Notes under the pieces: generated by a model
Told to the model about the DNA's origin: nothing
Databases searched by the model: none
The model's input: the letters and a program-made list of their open reading frames with translations, nothing else
Shown here: piece after piece, positions 25,901-38,505 of the stretch
How positions within the stretch are numbered: the first letter of the stretch is position 1
How the letters are laid out: each line of letters begins with the position of its first letter
Position numbers and translations under genes: made by a program
Source of the DNA: Octopus bimaculoides
Taxonomy: Eukaryota
DNA: 64,000 bases
Assembly: GCF_001194135.2 (NCBI RefSeq)
Contig: NC_068986.1
Location: 72,228,916 to 72,292,915, forward strand
Direction: 5' to 3'

Positions 25901-28900
25901 CATCTAACAGATGTTTGTTCTGATCCGATCCTCACAGATATTTCAATAACATACAATACCATCTTAAAACACAGTGATCATAGTTTGAATTTTTCATATC
26001 GTGAAATTCTTTGTTGCTAGTGGAGGTAAGTTTTTAAAAATTTATTCCAGCTCTCGACCATAATCAATATACAATCACTGACACTCCTCTATTTCTAATT
26101 ATAGCATCAAAGTAAATACATCTCTTCTGTGACTTCCACCTATCCCTTGAAGCACATGGTCTTCTTCATTTCATAATGGATTCTGCTGTTAGCTACTCTA
26201 GTTTCATTTACAGTTCTGCTGGATCAATGAATACTATCCACTGATTCATGATACAAATTCAGGTAGAGCAAACTCACTGAAATTTTAAAAACTGAATCAA
26301 GCCTAATATCCACATGACAACGGACACTATTAAAAAATAATAATTGGATATTAAGTAACCCAACTGAAGATGTTAAACTTAATTTTAAACAGTAACAAAT
26401 ATTGAAGTCTGAAATTGTATATGACAAGAATTAAGTTCACTAAATGAAGAAATATGCTTGTAAGTATAACAGTCATACTTATATGAATATACTATTTATT
26501 CAATAAGAGAATAGTTTTTGCTTTTATTTGTCAGTGTCCATTAAAAAACTTTGAATAAAAAGTGTCTTAAGCACAGGAAACTGCCAGAAGTTTCAGTCCT
26601 TTGTTGTCTCCTCTGTGAAGTCCAACATCTGAAGATCCTTTCTCACCACTTCATCCCACATCTGCCCCAAGGCAGTAAGCTAGTAGGAACCTTACTATGC
26701 TAGACAAAATGCTTAGTGGTTTTTCTTCCAGCTTTTTAGATCCTGAATTCAAATGCTGCCAAGGCCAACTTTGATTTTCATTTTTTGAGGGTCAGTTAAA
26801 ATAAGTACCAGACAAGCATTGATATCAGTGTAATTGACTAACCCTCTCCCACTGACCTTCTGCCAATATTTGAAACAATTATTTCTATTTGGGAGTGGTA
26901 GGATAACAGAATTGGTTGAGTGAAGATAAAATGTCTCTGTTTGGCTGTCTCATTATGTTAAATCTTTTACCAGTACTGACAATGCCTTTCATCATACAAG
27001 GCTGGTAAGATAAGAACCATTCTATAAGAGTTTATTTCGCTTTCTTACAGGTTAATAGGATGGTAACCAAAATAGAAGTGTTTTTGTGTATTTAAGAAGT
27101 CTCTTGTTGTAAGGTTGAAAAGTGTACTTTAACCATTCCAAGTCCATCTTTCTGAAAGAGACCTTACAGTAGCCTTTAAAACTTTCAGTAATTCAGTTTG
27201 AAAATAGCAGAAAAACTACTTACCAATAACTATATGAGGCTTTTTGGCCAGAACTAATGCTTGAGTCATCATATCAACACCTCCAACAATCACAGCTGAA
27301 AAGACAGCAAAAATTTTAGCTTTAGCTTTTCAACAAGCTAACAAATGAAGTACAAGGAAACATTGAAGAATCAACAGAAGATACAAAGTCTGGAGTTATC
27401 AATCATACTTGCTAAAATCAGATTAAAATGATACTAGTCATTTAGCTAACATTTTCTTCCCTTCATTACATCAAATTTATTGATTTGAAATTTTCCTCAC
27501 ACTACACAATGGCACAAGCAGATCTGCAGGTAACTTTCTCGAATCATTGTGATATTGCACAGGTATTATCAATTAATTGGGTTTTTTTTTTTTTTTACAC
27601 GAGTTGAAATACATGTTTTCATGTCTAAAAATATTAATCTATTTTAGTTAAGGGACTGCTGGTAAACTAGTTTTAGCAATAGTGATAAATGAGGTTATGA
27701 TCAGTTGTAAAGGAGTTGATGCAAGAAGAGCAATTTATCAGATTAAACTTTGCTATTTGTTTTACAGTTCTTGATCCATTATGTCATGCTGGGTTAAAGA
27801 CACTTGACTATTTGCTTATGACTTGTTTGGATAGTTAGTTTGCAGTAGCATGTTATACTCAAGAAGACCTGTCCTCCACAGCAGAAGTGTTAAAGCTGCA
27901 TCCCCTGGTGAAGAAGATTGGCCTGCAAGAGTCCTGTGCCAGTGCCACATAAAAAGCACTCATGCCAGTAGCACGTAAAAGAGCTCATGTTGGTGACATG
28001 TAAAAGCACTCATGCCAGTGGCATGTTAAAAGCACCCAGCACACTGTAAAGTGGTTGGCATTAGAAAGGGCATCCAGCCATGGGGACCAAGCCAAATCAG
28101 ACTGGAACCTGGTGCAGCTTCCCAGCTTGTTAGCTCTGGTCAAACTGTCCAATGCATGCCAGTATGGAAAACACATTAAATAATGATGATGATGTCATTC
28201 CAAAGTCGATTAATTTTACAAATATTAAATAAAAGTATTCAGCACCAACAAATACTGCAAAATAAGAAGTGAACAGTAGTGTGCAACCTGTGACTAACCC
28301 TTTGATACCAACCTGCTTGAGGCTGCCCCTAGCTCTATGATACAGACTTCCTGTTTGAAAGTGATCGAAACTAAAACTTTCTTTCAAACTTTCCTGTTAA
28401 TTTATATTCCAAACACCAGCTTCATAACGACTAAATAATTTTATAAAATTCCTCATTATTTATTTTCAAAATGAATTAAAACAAAGGCAGTATATTTCAG
28501 AAGAAATAATATAACGAAGGGATTAAATTCCACAAAAGATTTCTATCACTTAGTCAGAAGGAATGTAGTACCTGTGTTTTTTTTCAGGGCCTCTGTTACT
28601 AGTAAGAGGAGATATCAGACATGAATGTTGCAATAGAGTAAACTTCACTAAAGGTACCCAAGGATCAAATGATGGGATTAAACCAAGTGACAACTTAATT
28701 TGTAAAAAGACAACATTAAATACTATTTCATTCAACCTGTGATACTGTAATATATTTGAGAAAGATATGAACATTATAACTTCATTTTTTACTTTCCCTA
28801 TAAATCTGAGGTCATGAACTTTTGTGAAAAAAAAAACAAATCAATATGAATCAGAAGTCCAAAAGTTTTTAGTAAAACCCACATTAATTATGAAAATAAC

Positions 28901-31384
28901 CCAGCCATAAAGTCAAATAGGTTTGTGATTATTCAATAATATACAGAGTAACAACTTATGTATATGTCATCTTAGGTCTTTTGCACTAAACAAATTTTTT
29001 AAATTTCAAACAAGATGGAGGAAAAAAAATATTGATGACTTCTTGTTATAAAAAAAGAATCACTGTTAGGGAATACATTTTAAGAAACTACCTTTGCTAA
29101 TGTCAAAGTTTAACTTTTTCAATAATTACTAACTGTATTTAGAACATCTCTTACCACATTTGATACTAATAGCAGCTCCTAAAGCCTCAATTTGTTCAGA
29201 TATCTGGAAAGCTAACTCTCGAGTTGGAGTGAGAATTAGACCAAATAAACGCTGGGGGTTTTCCAAGAGAGCTTGAAGAATAGGTATTGCAAATGCTCCA
29301 GTTTTTCCTGATCCAGTTTCTGCCAAACCAATGACATCCTTTCCTGAGCAAAAGAAAGAAATCAATATTTACTTTTGAATACAAAACAAAACTAAATTTT
29401 TTTTACAAAATGATATATTTACTTGTTTACAAAAATGTTCAGCATGCTTTGGCAAATGCCTTTTACTATAGCCCCATGCCAATCAAAGCCTGGTAAGTGG
29501 ATTGATAGATGGAAACTGTGTGTATGTGCATGTTTGTGTCTTCTTGTCTTGACACATGAGTGATAGTTGTAAGAAAATATCACCATCATACAAGTTGTAT
29601 CATTTGTTTCTAGTCTTCCATCACAAGATGTTCAGCTAAGGGAAAATAAGAAATATTACCTTACTTGCAAAAAGGTGAGGGTTAGTGTCAAGAAGGGAAT
29701 CTGGCCATAGGAAAACTGCTACAACAAATTCTGTCTAACACACACAAGCATGGTAAAGTGGATGTTAAAACGATGATGAACACCAGTGGCATAACTACAA
29801 AAATGTGGCCCCACTCCTTTCCTCACAATGATTTTGTTACCCTGCAGTTTTCTTAAAATAGCATCTTTTAATGAAATTTCCATGAGGAGATACATTTTAG
29901 GTGTGCAAACTGTGATCATTGGGGTGTGGGGGCTGAAAACAATCATCATTTCCATGCTGGCATGGGTTGGACAGTCTGATAGGAGTTGGCAAGGCCAGGG
30001 GCTGCACAAGGTTCCATGGCCTGTTTTGACTTGGTTTCTACAGCTGGACGTCCTTAATGTAACCACTTTACAGAGTGTACTGGATGCTTTTTATGTGGCA
30101 CCATCACCGGTGTCTTTTAAGTGACACCAGCACCAACAGTAATGTCTTTTACATGGTGCCTTAGTGACTGAGCAAAGATTTTGGCTTTTCTGAAAGACCT
30201 TTCCTCCCCACCCATCACAGATTTTGTTAAATGCTTATTTTTTAATGAAATTTTCCAGAGCCAAGCTTTCAAGGTGAGGATTATGATTATCACAACAGAC
30301 TTTTTTTTTTTTGCAGTGTGTCAGGTAATTCCCAGCCTCTCTGGACCTTATAACCTTCTATGTTTGAAGTGAAATTTAAGTAGCTTTCCATCTTTGCTCA
30401 GGAAAATTCTCTGAAGGAGATGTCACATTCTGTAAAAACTGGCTTCATTAAGTTAACTTATACTGGTTGTCGCATCAACAATTTTGATAAATAAAGTAAG
30501 CAAAAATTGCTATGTTGGTGGACAGAGATTCTAACTGGAATTAAAAGCAAAATCACAGGAATTACAGAAATGAATATTACTACCTTTTAATGCAACAGGT
30601 ATTGCTTCTTTTTGTATTTTGGTTGGATGCTTCCATTTCAGAAGTTCACATGCTTCACATAATACATCGACGACACCCTGGAAATAAATATAAGTGATTA
30701 GTGCAATAATAATGGTTTCAAATTTTGGCCCATGTCCAGCAATTTAAGGGTGAGAAGTTAAGTCAATCACACCGACCCCAGAGCTCAACCGGTGCTTATT
30801 TTATTGATCCCGAAAGGATAAAAAGCGAAGCCGACCTCGGTGGCATTTCAACTCAGAATGTAAAGATAAAGAATGTAGCTAAGCATTTTGTCCGACACTC
30901 TAACGTTTCTGCCTAATAATTTTAATACGTAGATAACTTGAGGCTTTAAATTAGATGAAAGGGAAGTTGTGACATTTATGCCTTTCCCAATGATTAAATG
31001 TCATAAGAAAAACGCTCAAATCAAGTTAATTGACAAAAGGTCTAACAATAAATAAAACAAGAATCATGTAGGAATTTAATTTAATAAAAAAAAATTAGAA
31101 TCAATGTTTCTAATTAAAAGGAAATATTATGAGAAAATATTTAAGCGTGTTCTTTAGTTTGTTTTCTCCAATACGGCTTAGACCATGTGTTCGAACACAA
31201 GCATTGGTGATACTACGACACATGTTAATATTACATTCAATTCAAACGAAATGTATTGGAAAATAAAAATCAAGTAGTCGTAAATGTCTCTTACCAAAGA
31301 ACTAAATGTGACTTCCTCATTTTCATCGAATTTTGGCACTGATTCCTTTTCTCCTGGATCTGGTTTACCTTTAGCTTTTTCCAT
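13347..31384 (-). CDS. DDX47: DEAD-box RNA helicase DDX47/Rrp3, 13 coding exons, 447 aa
   Basis: Exons total 1344 nt in frame, all GT-AG. Motifs [53 protein letters not shown] and a basic C-terminal tail are intact. Confidence 0.95.
14087..14216 (-). CDS. DDX47: DDX47 exon 12 ([10 protein letters not shown]...RLAKL)
   Basis: 130 nt. Confidence 0.93.
14565..14990 (-). mobile_element. RTE-LINE 3' tail copies
   Basis: catcatcatttaacatttgttttccatgc...; homologous to the 57484-57713 tail. Confidence 0.6.
15245..15376 (-). CDS. DDX47: DDX47 exon 11 (GLDIPHVD...[10 protein letters not shown]...FVT)
   Basis: 132 nt, motifs V and VI. Confidence 0.95.
16995..17071 (-). CDS. DDX47: DDX47 exon 10 ([10 protein letters not shown]...TDVAS)
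   Basis: 77 nt, aag acceptor, gtatgt donor. Confidence 0.9.
17846..17992 (-). CDS. DDX47: DDX47 exon 9 (DVYLTFVL...HGQLSQ)
   Basis: 147 nt, motif IV. Confidence 0.93.
18200..18587 (-). mobile_element. Full-length young tRNA-derived SINE (family C) with 12-bp TSD
   Basis: Head gtggagacgcaatggcccagtggttagggcagcggacttgcggtcataggatcgcggtttcgattccc (box A/B), (ACA)n tail, TSD tgcaataaatat at 18188-18199 and 18588-18599. Confidence 0.9.
19262..19720 (-). mobile_element. RTE-LINE 3' tail copy
   Basis: tcatcatgatcatttaacattcatcatccatgc...ggatgcccttcctaatgcc. Confidence 0.65.
19745..19861 (-). CDS. DDX47: DDX47 exon 8 (VAKLQRASL...PARFK)
   Basis: 117 nt. Confidence 0.93.
19995..20866 (+). mobile_element. 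Internally deleted mariner transposon relic
   Basis: [26 protein letters not shown] start, FHQDNARP and [13 protein letters not shown] motifs, right TIR ...ttatttatgggatgacccaata (to 20866); left TIR partly replaced by (CA)n. Confidence 0.85.
20875..21140 (-). mobile_element. tRNA-derived SINE family A, 3' part
   Basis: Homologous to 61680-61962. Confidence 0.7.
22096..22167 (-). CDS. DDX47: DDX47 exon 7 ([24 protein letters not shown])
   Basis: 72 nt, SAT motif. Confidence 0.93.
22490..23500 (-). pseudogene. 5'-truncated RTE-LINE with RT C-terminal half and (GATG)n tail
   Basis: [15 protein letters not shown]...[11 protein letters not shown]; [31 protein letters not shown]; frameshifted. 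Confidence 0.9.
23579..23626 (-). CDS. DDX47: DDX47 exon 6 ([16 protein letters not shown])
   Basis: 48 nt, DEAD motif. Confidence 0.93.
24120..24470 (-). pseudogene. RTE-LINE fragment upstream of the RT core
   Basis: [23 protein letters not shown] resembles the RTE pre-RT region. Confidence 0.5.
24899..25366. mobile_element. Inverted-repeat Penelope/retrozyme-like relic (arms ~24899-25095 and ~25167-25366)
   Basis: Arms are reverse complements (~90% by eye) and both contain the GAAAC-NN-GTC hammerhead half. Confidence 0.75.
25068..25110 (-). ncRNA. Type I minimal hammerhead ribozyme motif
   Basis: tccaga-CTGATGA-c.gag.caagga.ctt.a-GAAA-C.ct.G-TC-tctgga; 6-bp stem I, GUC cleavage site between 25074 and 25073. 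Confidence 0.6.
25439..25509 (-). CDS. DDX47: DDX47 exon 5 ([15 protein letters not shown]...KHL)
   Basis: 71 nt, motif Ib. Confidence 0.93.
27224..27295 (-). CDS. DDX47: DDX47 exon 4 ([10 protein letters not shown]...PHIVI)
   Basis: 72 nt, GG motif. Confidence 0.93.
27900..28197 (+). mobile_element. RTE-LINE 3' tail with expanded internal minisatellite
   Basis: Four ~25-nt gtgccacataaaaagcactcatgcc-like units, then the standard tail and (GAT)n. Confidence 0.8.
28294..28526. mobile_element. TTAA-type (piggyBac-like) MITE
   Basis: Ends ctaaccctttg...aagggattaa; homologous to 51718-51875 plus 52230-52308. Confidence 0.6.
29155..29343 (-). CDS. DDX47: DDX47 exon 3 ([14 protein letters not shown]...ISIKC)
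   Basis: 189 nt, motifs I and Ia. Confidence 0.95.
29480..30160. mobile_element. Two RTE-type tail copies in opposite orientation (29600-29780 +, 29940-30160 -)
   Basis: gcatggtaaagtggatgttaaaacgatgatg and atcatcatttccatgctggcatgggttggac. Confidence 0.6.
30584..30677 (-). CDS. DDX47: DDX47 exon 2 ([10 protein letters not shown]...PVALK)
   Basis: 94 nt, Q motif, ag/gt boundaries. Confidence 0.93.
30715..30915 (-). mobile_element. CORE-type SINE family B
   Basis: Homologous to 4200-4368. Confidence 0.7.
31295..31384 (-). CDS. DDX47: DDX47 exon 1 (MEKAKG...VTFSSL)
   Basis: ATG at 31384-31382, donor gtaaga. Confidence 0.85.
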
Positions 31385-31849
31385 TTTCTGAGATTTCAGA
31401 TTCCGGAAGTTTAGTATAGATGTTATTACAAAAACTGTGATCTGAAAATAATACACTTCCTGAAAGTTATTTAATATTTAACATTACAGCATTATTTTGG
31501 TTTGGTAAAATATACCCTACAGAATTTTATTGAGTTAATAATTAACATCAAAAACGTATACGAGTTAACAATTTAAAATGTATTTTATCTTTTTTATAAT
31601 TATAGTTATGAATAAAAGAGAAGGAAGTATGCTAATTGTTTTAAATTAATTATACTCTTTATTATGTGGGCAGAGAAATCGTAATCATTGATGAAATAAA
31701 GTTTATAATCTAAAACTATTTGTAAAAAATTGGTGATCTTTGGCAAAATATTAAATGAATGAATTTTGTTACCTAAGTTTTTCTTCTTTTCGTTACCGCT
31801 ACGTAAACAATTCCTTATTTTGGAGTTACTCATCCATAGTTTCACCCTC
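31385..31849. promoter_or_regulatory. Bidirectional promoter/5' UTR region shared by DDX47 and PHF5A
   Basis: 465 nt between divergent start codons, with no recognisable TE in the interval. Confidence 0.75.
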
Positions 31850-31901
31850 ATGGCGAAACATCATCCAGATTTAATTTTTTGCCGAAAACAACCTGGTGTT
31901 G
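31850..31901 (+). CDS. PHF5A: PHF5A exon 1
   Basis: [17 protein letters not shown], donor gtaagt. Confidence 0.96.
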
Positions 31902-34900
31902 GTAAGTAAAATTCTATAGAACGTTAGACTAATGATAAAGTACTGTAAATATCTCAACAAATGATTACAATAATTAAGAAACTCGTGAAAATTAGTATTT
32001 TGAATTTTTTGCCTCGTCGGCAATGACTCTTATAAAATGAGACTGATATAATTTGACTTGTGTAGCATTAAATGTATATTTATTCTTCTATTATAGCATT
32101 AAAGAATTGGTATAAATGTATTTAGTGCAGTTCTTTTCTATTCTGTTGCCATACATTTCTGTCAGCGTTTCCATTTCTCATATTTACCGGAAGAAGTTAT
32201 CGGTTCAATTATAAATGCCAAATCTATTATTCAAAAGATGTAATGTTCAAATAACTGAATTGTTTATTTTTATTGGCATATAGATAATTATCTCTAATTC
32301 TTTATGATAATTATTTTATCTGCTTAAACTATATTAAATACATAAAACTCGTTGTTTTATGCCATCAATAGAATGATTTGTTTGTACAACTAAACAAAGG
32401 GCCTTTTTTTCCGGCAGCTGTCCACTGCAATATTACAATTCAAATGTCTCCCGGTAATATTACAATTTAATATTATATATAGCTAAGTTTGTTTTGATTC
32501 GTTAATAAAACATTTAAATTGTCATTCCTAAAAAGTATTATAATTCACCCCTCTTAATCTTCCAAACAGTTGAAAATTAAAGGCCTCAAATTATTTGCCG
32601 GACACAACAGGCTAATTAAGTACTACATTTGCCGGTGTAAAAGAGGCGCTTTTTTTCTTCTTTTTTTTCCATTTTCAAATGTATCAAAAATTGCCTTGTG
32701 TATAATGCCGTACCCTAGGGAGCCAGGTAAACGGATGAAAGTAAAGAATACGTACACTCGGTGGTTAGAGTTAGGGTTTAGGATTAGGGTTAAAGTTTTT
32801 GTTACACTGAAAACGGGTGGTGTATGTATTCTTTACCTCCGCCAGGTAAACGTAAGTTCGTAAGGCGACAATAATTGTTATTAATACTAAAATATTGTAA
32901 AGAAACGAAAATGTATCGTTCTGATAAACATGTAACAGTTGGGTTAATTAGTAAACAATAATGAGATGTCGGCGTCGTAATCTGTTTGTAAGGATTGGTT
33001 CTTCGTTGATTTCCATTATGTAAAGATGAAAGATAGTGATTGAAGTTGTAAAGAAAATATTTATTTACCCTTACATCGAATATACCTTGCCTCGACAGGC
33101 AGGTGATAAAATCCTAGAACCTGTGAAGTAAAAAAGTTAATTTTGACCTGTGTGTTCTTATTGTAGTAGTAACTCATAGTGAGAGATATGGTAATGTGCA
33201 GAGAAGACAAAGTTAGTTAGTGAAAGTCAGAGAGTGTGGGAAGTTGGGTCTCATAGGTGCTGACAGTAAATTTCATTTCTCCATTTGACCATTGTCTTTA
33301 GTAGCTGCCTTGCTTGTGGTCATGATTCTAGCATTCTGTTCCTTAACTCATGGTAGCTGTCTCTGATTCAAGTTGTCATTCATTAACTAACCGATTGTCA
33401 CAAGCCGACTAACTGATTTTTGCTTGGGGTTCTTGCTTTTATAACTATCCAGAAGGATAGACATATCATTGAAAACAATAAATTTAGTTGGTGGTTTTTA
33501 TTATCTTAATTCGAGCTTTTTTGTGGTCTAGGTGAGGTTAGAAAGGCCAAATGGTGAAGACATTATTTCGGCCTAGCTAAGGCATCTGGAAAATGTAAAA
33601 CTGCCATCACAGAAAAAAAACCATTGTTCCACCGTGAGAAAAGTTCTGTTGAAGTGTTAATTTAAATTTGGCTATGGTGGATCGAATCCACTTCATGCCT
33701 GCAAGATCCACTACAAACACATGAAAAATTGCTGATGCTATGTTGGCAGTTATACAAAGAGGTTTGGTCATCTCATTATATTTTCTTCCCCACTATACAT
33801 AACCTACACCTGATGTGTCTTACATTATTTAATAACTCTGTTACCTTTAAGAAACATTTTTTAAATTATCCTAATGAAAGAAGATGGCAGGCATTTTAAG
33901 TTTTCATCCACCTGTCATCTATTTGCAATGAGTGGATGACAACAAAACCATAGCGATGGAGTGTCACCTTGGTGGTCAATTACTTTAACATAAAGCATCA
34001 CAGCCAAGATAGTTTATTTATGATAAATTTATGGTTTCATACTTTATTCTATTATACTGTCAGCATTGTATTTACATGTACAGAACCGTACATTCTCTTT
34101 CAAAACTACTTTAAAATATACTTCAATAAGTGTGTGATGAAACATACTTGTAAAATAGGGTTGTGTCTAATACGAGAGTTCCTGAAGAAACTGGCGAAGT
34201 GAAATACTTACGTTTCGGACATTTGTCTTTTGGAAACTGAGATTATGTTAGAAGTATCGCCTTGGTCATAATTGCCAACAAAGCCACTTCTATACAGTTG
34301 CTTGAATTACTAGAAATAAGCCGGATAACATTCTACCATCTTCAGAAAAAGAAGGAAGCATTTGTACAAAAATACTGGGTTGTTACTACTGAAACGTCAT
34401 TGGTCAAGATTGTCCTGGAACTAAAAAAAAATTTTCTTTTTTTAAACTTGAAAATAATTGTCTTCATCTTAATACTAGGGATTGCTTATTCATCAAAATT
34501 ATGTATCCAACATTCATCATTCTATAATGTCTGTTCAGAAAATAATATTTTGAAAACATGGAATGCTTTTTCTTTTCTTTATTTAACAATATATTGCTGA
34601 CTTTTTTGTATTTGTTGGATCTATGGCAGTGGGTGGGGAGACTGCCAATAGCTTTTTTATGCCTTCATAGATTAGATAATAGTAATTACTGAGTTAGGTT
34701 TATGATCAGTATGAAAATTAATAGTTGGAGGGAATAAGTAGACAGGGAGGAAAACTCTAGGAGTGTGTGGTCACTGGGAAAAAGATTGACTAAAATGTTT
34801 TAGTTAAAGTGTCTAGTAGGAGTAATGAGAAGAAAAAGTGAGTTACTAACACTTTAGCATTCACATTACTCTCAAATATAATGCTAATTAATACACATTG

Positions 34901-37900
34901 TTTTGAATTTATGATTCATTATCTCGTAGCTTCAAGGTTTTGATCATTTGATTGTTTATTTTTACAATGCTATTGTAGTGTATGTGTGAAAGGCTGCCCT
35001 TGACCAGTTTAAACATAAAACAGGTAAAATATTCGAGCAGGTTTCAGCTAGATCATAAGAATAGATCTGATGAGAGAAGTAAGGTTACATACACACAGTA
35101 TGTGTTGAAGGGGAACCTATCTGTTGTCTGCTTAAGATTGTGTGTGGTTGGAGTTAACAGTGATTATCATTAATGTAGAGAAGATAGGATTTTGGGGGTT
35201 AATTTACATCCTCACTAAATAAGAAGTCAAAGAAAGCTTCCATCTACTGCTCTGATAGAGTTACTTGAATGGAAAGCTTCTGTAATGAGATTTTGATGGA
35301 GCCTGTTGGCAGCTTTGCTTGAAGATTTTCATACCCACACAACTTAAAGTTTTGTTTTGTGGAGAGTAACGTTTTTATTTCATCAGAGCTTTCGATGGCA
35401 AGAGAACACTAATTTGAAATATTGTAGGTTTTATAATGGATCTAGCTCTACTGGAACCTTATTTTTACTCAGTGAAGAAAGTGATACAAAGAAGCATTCA
35501 CTGTTAAGAGTCTCAATCACTTTAGGAGTTGGATGTGTTGGTGATAGACCAGAAGTTGGTAGGATTGCACATACCTTGTTGAAGATAGGAAAAGGAATTA
35601 GGTTTCCATGTATATTTGTTGAAAGAGAAAGGTTATAGTTTATTGAAGGCAGGAGTCAACTAAGCAAATAGCTGTTTCAGGATAATGATCAAGACTATGT
35701 AAGACCCTGTAGCCTTTCTTGGAGTTCAGCAAGCAAAGTTAGTTGTGGTCCTTAGGTCATAAAGATGATCGCAAGCTTGCAATTTGTGTTCAATTCAAAA
35801 ACACCTCTACCTCTTCGGATACTCTTGCATACAAATCTTACATGAAACTATTAAATGGTTATGGTTAAGTAATATCTTTTAGATGTTATAATACATAAAT
35901 TTAGCTTGTCTTGAATACACAACTTCCTGCAAATTATTTGGTTGAGGGTTGGATGTGAATTCAATTCATCATTTGTACATTTTTTCATTGTGTAATATAT
36001 GAAAAATGGTAGTTATGAATTTGTGTCATACCCTGCCTCTGAATTTTGAATGGCTTTGTCAGATGAGAAGGTTAGTACCTTTGATCTTTTCAGAGCCTCT
36101 GAGACAGGTAGGAAACAATTCTCAAACCAGTGACTTGATCTGAAGGTTTGCAATACGTTATTGGACTGCATTACAAGCATCCAGGGACGAAGTAGTGAGG
36201 TTTAACTGAGTGACAGTCTTACCAGTCATAAGAAATACAAATAGTTAGATTAGACAAAGTTACTGAAATAATTCGTTGACTATCCTATTTTAGTGCTGCC
36301 ACCAATATGAATAATGTTGAGATGTTTTTAATTTACTTTTCAAAATTTCTGATATAATTTGAAAAAAACTGATTATGATACTTATAATGCATTTATGTCT
36401 TGGTCTCATATCAAATTATGCTCATAACTTTTTCATATACTTAAATTACTTAAAATTCCATATAAGTGTTGTATATTTAAGACTAAGGACTAAACTCAGC
36501 ACAAAAATGCTAATTGATTCCTTTTTCATTTGGTTTTCAGCTATTGGAAGACTTTGTGAAAAATGTAAGTAATTTAAATTCTTTCTAATTTTTATTTGAA
36601 TTTCTGGAAGAGTAGGGAAGAATTGGGATCATAGAGACTATTTTGATTGTAATAAAAAGGGAAGGCATAGCAGACTAAGGGTTTCTGTTTCTGTAAAGTA
36701 AGTGATTATATGCCACCTTTATTTTTCTGCTTACCACTTCATGTTTCATTCTCTAGATCCTGCATGAACCATTTCCCAGAACAGTACTATACTTAAAATC
36801 ATTCCTTTCACTCAAGGCTAATCCAGTTAATCTTAACCTGTCTGAACAGCTTATAGCTTTTGACATTCACCAATTTTCTTTATCATCATCATCATTTAGT
36901 GTCTGCTTTCCATGCTGGCATGGGTTAGATGATTTGACTAGAACTGGTGAGCCAGAGAGCTGTACCCAGCTCCAGTCTGGTTTGACTTGGTTTCTACGAC
37001 TGGCTGCCCTTCCCAGAGTGTAGTGGGTGCTTTTTATTTGTCACCAGCACTGGCCACATCTACAGTTTCACTTGACTTGATGTGTCTTCTCAAGCACAGT
37101 AAATCACCAAAGGTCTCGATCACTTGTCATTGCCTCCATGAGACTCAACATCCAAAGATTATGCTTCACCACCTCGTCCCATCTCTTCTGGGTCTACCTT
37201 TTCCACAGGTTCCCTCTACAGTTAGAGATTAACACTTCTTTATACAGCTGTCCTTGTCCATCTGTTGATTTATTGATAACATTCACAAATTGATCAATAT
37301 TCTCTAGAACAATAGTTCATAGTTAAAAAATTTAGTCAACCCTTTGTTTAACATTTTGAAAAAAAAATTTTTTTTTTCTTCAATAGTGAGAAGGAAAAAA
37401 AGTAATGTACTCATGGCATTTTTCAAAGTCTTAGATTAGTGGGAGGAAGATATCCTCTGGCTGAGGGCCTGGCCCAAATGCTTGCAACAAGAGTGAACTC
37501 TATTAAAGGCATCCAAGGGCTAGGTGGTGGTGTTAGATTGGATGATAGATTAAGATTACTGAATTTCACTCACAAAGCTTTGAGTGATCTGAACCTATGG
37601 TAGAAGACAATTGCCCAAAGTTCTATAGAATGGTATTGAATCCAAAATCATGTGGTTGCATAACAAATTTCTTATCATGTAGTCATACTTAATGTTGATG
37701 TCTCTACACTTACAATGATGAATGTTATTTTCATCTGGTGTGTTGGAATTTTAACTTCTTGAATAATCCTGTTATTGGCGCATCATTAACTTGTGTGTGT
37801 GTATTTTAGTTTTACATAAAAGTCTACAGAGAAGTTTTTTGTAATATAATATTGCAAAATTTTTTTTTCAAAGCTGGTGTGTTGCCTGTAAACTTATGAC

Positions 37901-38461
37901 AAGTCACTACCATTTACTGTTCTACACTAAAGAAGAGTGAACTATTTTTCTAAGAATTTCATGAAAAGATTGCTTCTTTCTTTTTAGCAAAAAATTAGTC
38001 AGACTGCCAGATAATAAAACAAGTTAGGTTGTAAGAATTACAACTAATAGACTTCTGAGGTAACTCTTCATGTCATAAATCTGATTGCTTCAGAAAACGT
38101 TGCTGGAACAAACCCTAACATTTATAGATAATGTAATATTTTTTAGGGATGTACATATGTAGTTATTCGTGAACAGTGTTATTTAAAGTTAGACAGTTTT
38201 AACACTTAAACCATCTGTATCCAGCTCAAATATTCTGCTGGTTTTATATTCAAATGACCAGGCTGACAGCATAGTGTATTTCATGTAAAAGATACAGAAG
38301 AACAGCTAGCAGTAAGAGCAACCAAGAAATGATGTCTTTCAGTTATTCAGGCTCATTAGAAGTAGTTGATAGCTTCAGTAGCATTTGAAAAGAATTGTAG
38401 CAAGAGCAAGAATGACATGGAACAAGTTCAGGAAGCTCTCACCTCTGTTGACAACAAATAG

Positions 38462-38505
<44 letters not shown>

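Noticed and set aside
34175-34240. CTGAAGA...GAAA (+) overlapping gac.aaat.gtcc-GAAACGTA (-)
   Set aside because: Neither strand has a complete core with stem I; possibly an old Penelope remnant.
33480-34600. Possible Tc1-like transposase relic (WPSNSPD-like, HTH-like pieces)
   Set aside because: Too degenerate to support by eye.
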